Program-made: the position numbers and the translations under genes
Notes under the pieces: generated by a model
Database searches by the model: none
What the model was told of the DNA's origin: nothing
Seen by the model: the letters and a program-made list of their open reading frames with translations, nothing else
NCBI GenBank assembly: GCA_965238175.1
Contig: CBDEGZ010000003.1
Span: 1,088,001 to 1,152,000 of the forward strand
Length of the DNA: 64,000 nucleotides
Direction of reading: 5' to 3'
DNA from: Gammaproteobacteria bacterium
GTDB taxonomy: Bacteria > Pseudomonadota > Gammaproteobacteria > CAJXQU01
Part shown: positions 62,253 to 64,000 of the stretch, piece by piece
Layout: each line of letters begins with the position of its first letter
Position numbering within the stretch: the stretch's first letter is position 1

Positions 62253-62427
62253 ATTCATTCATTGGTTTTTGGAACAGCAGATTAGGCGGGCACTACTTTA
62301 TTTAGTTGTACTACGTATAATCAAAAAAAATAACTCACTATTTAATTTTCCAATTTAGATCAGATTCAGTATCAATATAACCGATTTCCGACGCCTTGTT
62401 TTCCCTCGGTATCAGGTGAAAGATATA

Positions 62428-63231
62428 TTAGACCTTTCTTTTGAAAGAAAATAATCCGATCAGACTACTACCAAGTAACCATACTGCTGCTGGTACAGGT
62501 ACTGCTTGAATATTTAGTTGAGGAGCAAAATCACCAGCTAATCCAGCAGGAGAAACAACGCCAGAACCGTCAGATGTTCTGGAGAGAAAATCAATTTGCT
62601 GACCAGTATTTTCCGGTTTGATTAAAATAAAGGTGAGTATTCCATCGATATCATTATTAATGAAGTTTACGAAAGTTGAATTTGAGATTTCAAGCCGCTC
62701 TCCCGCTCCCCAGGTAAAAGCAGGATTACCTGCTCCGTGTAATAGAGTTGTATCTGATGAAGGGCTTAAGGTAGCGTCATTATTTAGTCCAGGAAAATTT
62801 GTACCGTTAAAAAAGGTATCTCCTTTTGTTGATTCAGACCATGTTTGGGAAATGCCTTCATTTAAACCAAACACCTGAAAACGATTTGTTAAGATATTCG
62901 TTTGGTTTGAGGAGGTGAACAGGTTTAACGATACAGACGCTGCATCAATACCGGCATTTGTAAAAGAAGAAATATCGAATTTGATAAAACTATGCAGGTT
63001 GTAGTTAGAGGTACCAACCACTGCCAAATTATTGCTTGTGTTACCAGTACCAAAGGGTGAACCGTTGCTTCTGTTATGCACCATTTCGTCACTCACAGCA
63101 CTGAATAGCAAAGCGTGCGCATTATTGATTGATAGCATGCAGAATAAAATACTTACTAGTGTTCTTCGTTTCATATTCAACCCCTTAGATTTCCTAGGGA
63201 TGTTTTTTATAGTAGTAGAATAACGTTCCAT
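62428..63231 (-). CDS. Secreted VPLPA-CTERM (PEP-CTERM family) surface protein; alternative start at 63174
   Basis: Signal peptide MKRRTL..NAHA, S/T/N-rich body with FIKFDIS, and C-terminal VPVPAAVWLLGSSLIGLFSFKRKV. Confidence 0.87.
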   Translation of the reverse strand: MERYSTTIKNIPRKSKGLNMKRRTLVSILFCMLSINNAHALLFSAVSDEMVHNRSNGSPFGTGNTSNNLAVVGTSNYNLHSFIKFDISSFTNAGIDAASVSLNLFTSSNQTNILTNRFQVFGLNEGISQTWSESTKGDTFFNGTNFPGLNNDATLSPSSDTTLLHGAGNPAFTWGAGERLEISNSTFVNFINNDIDGILTFILIKPENTGQQIDFLSRTSDGSGVVSPAGLAGDFAPQLNIQAVPVPAAVWLLGSSLIGLFSFKRKV

Positions 63232-63478
63232 TTGAGACTTCCTCCTATTTATGTATTTCTTTTTTAAGAATATAGCTAAACCAAATATAACCGATTACTG
63301 GTTTTATGTTGATGAATAATGAAAACATTTGTCACTGTATAACATAATGCTCTTTGGTTTGAGTAACGGTTTGATCATTTGTAGCTCATAAATATAAAGT
63401 TTCTAAATAATATGCCGAAAGTATCTATGAAACGAATCATTAATCGTAACGGCCATTGAGAAAATAGAGAAGGTTTAC

Positions 63479-64000
63479 ATGGAAGAATTTAACTATAAAG
63501 CGAAGCAAAGCGGTTTCACACTTATCGAGTTATTGGTGGTTGTGGTTATCCTGGGTGTATTAGCGGCAGTGGTTGTCCCACAATTGAGTGGCACAACGGA
63601 CACTGCAAAAGAAGCTGCACTAGATGCCAATTTGGCAAGAATTCGATCCGCAATTGATCTGTATAGACAAGATCATGGTGATTACCCAAGTGTTACAGCA
63701 GCGACTGGCGGTGCCTGTCCGGCTGGTGGTGTCTCAGGTAGCGGTGCAGCTGATTCTGCAGCAGCGTTTGCATCGCAATTGACGATGTACAGTAATGTCA
63801 CCGGAGCAACATGTACGGCAACTAATGATACATATAAGTACGGACCATATTTACGTACAGCGATAACAGGTGTTGATGGTATGCCTGGCAATCCAATTAC
63901 TGATGAGAATGTCGTCGTTGTAGAGACTGCTGGGAGTCTTGACTTGACTTCAACGAGTACAACAGGTGGATGGAAGTATGACAATGTGGTTGGAAAAATC
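63479..64000 (+). CDS. Type IV prepilin/GspG-like pseudopilin (partial, runs off the window)
   Basis: MEEFNYKAKQSG|FTLIELLVVVVILGVLAAVVVP N-methylation motif, then AIDLY..DHG.YP and YGPYL. Absent from the ORF track because no stop codon falls in the window. Confidence 0.92.
   Translation, partial: MEEFNYKAKQSGFTLIELLVVVVILGVLAAVVVPQLSGTTDTAKEAALDANLARIRSAIDLYRQDHGDYPSVTAATGGACPAGGVSGSGAADSAAAFASQLTMYSNVTGATCTATNDTYKYGPYLRTAITGVDGMPGNPITDENVVVVETAGSLDLTSTSTTGGWKYDNVVGKI

Noticed and set aside
5110-63984. Numerous short antisense or overlapping ORFs in the six-frame track (e.g. 5110-5493, 34179-34754, 63682-63984)
   Set aside because: They are shadow ORFs opposite or within well-supported genes and have no recognisable motifs.

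Overview
This is a low-GC chromosomal window from a gammaproteobacterium, probably free-living or marine (inferred from gene content). 1-4.2 kb is a nested mobile-DNA pile-up: decayed integron-type cassettes with an attC site, an IS982 element, an intact IS1111-group (IS110 family) element inserted inside the IS982 left terminal repeat, and an IS3 remnant. The IS1111 3' non-coding region carries readable guide segments matching both the reconstituted target and its own circle junction. Two small GAA-hairpin insertions sit inside transposase genes, and a 6S RNA lies in an unusual context. 4.5-53.5 kb is mostly core genes: ychF-pth-rplY-prs-tRNA-Gln-ispE-lolB-TPR, hemA, DAHP synthase, znuACB-like, engB-pgeF-rluD-bamD, rlmD, cysG, pomAB-PilZ, dcd-apbC-metG-rnfABC, xerC-dapF, lpoA, slyD and clpB. 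That stretch also holds several pseudogenes, a candidate sigmaE-dependent sRNA with C-rich loops, and a Met-rich 11-mer repeat lipoprotein. 55-64 kb is an accessory cluster: PAS histidine kinase, receiver protein, GGDEF-EAL protein, an unusual STAS + MshEN + GspE/PilB ATPase fusion, GspF/PilC, a VPLPA-CTERM surface protein and a partial prepilin. All calls come from reading motifs by eye; no database searches were run.
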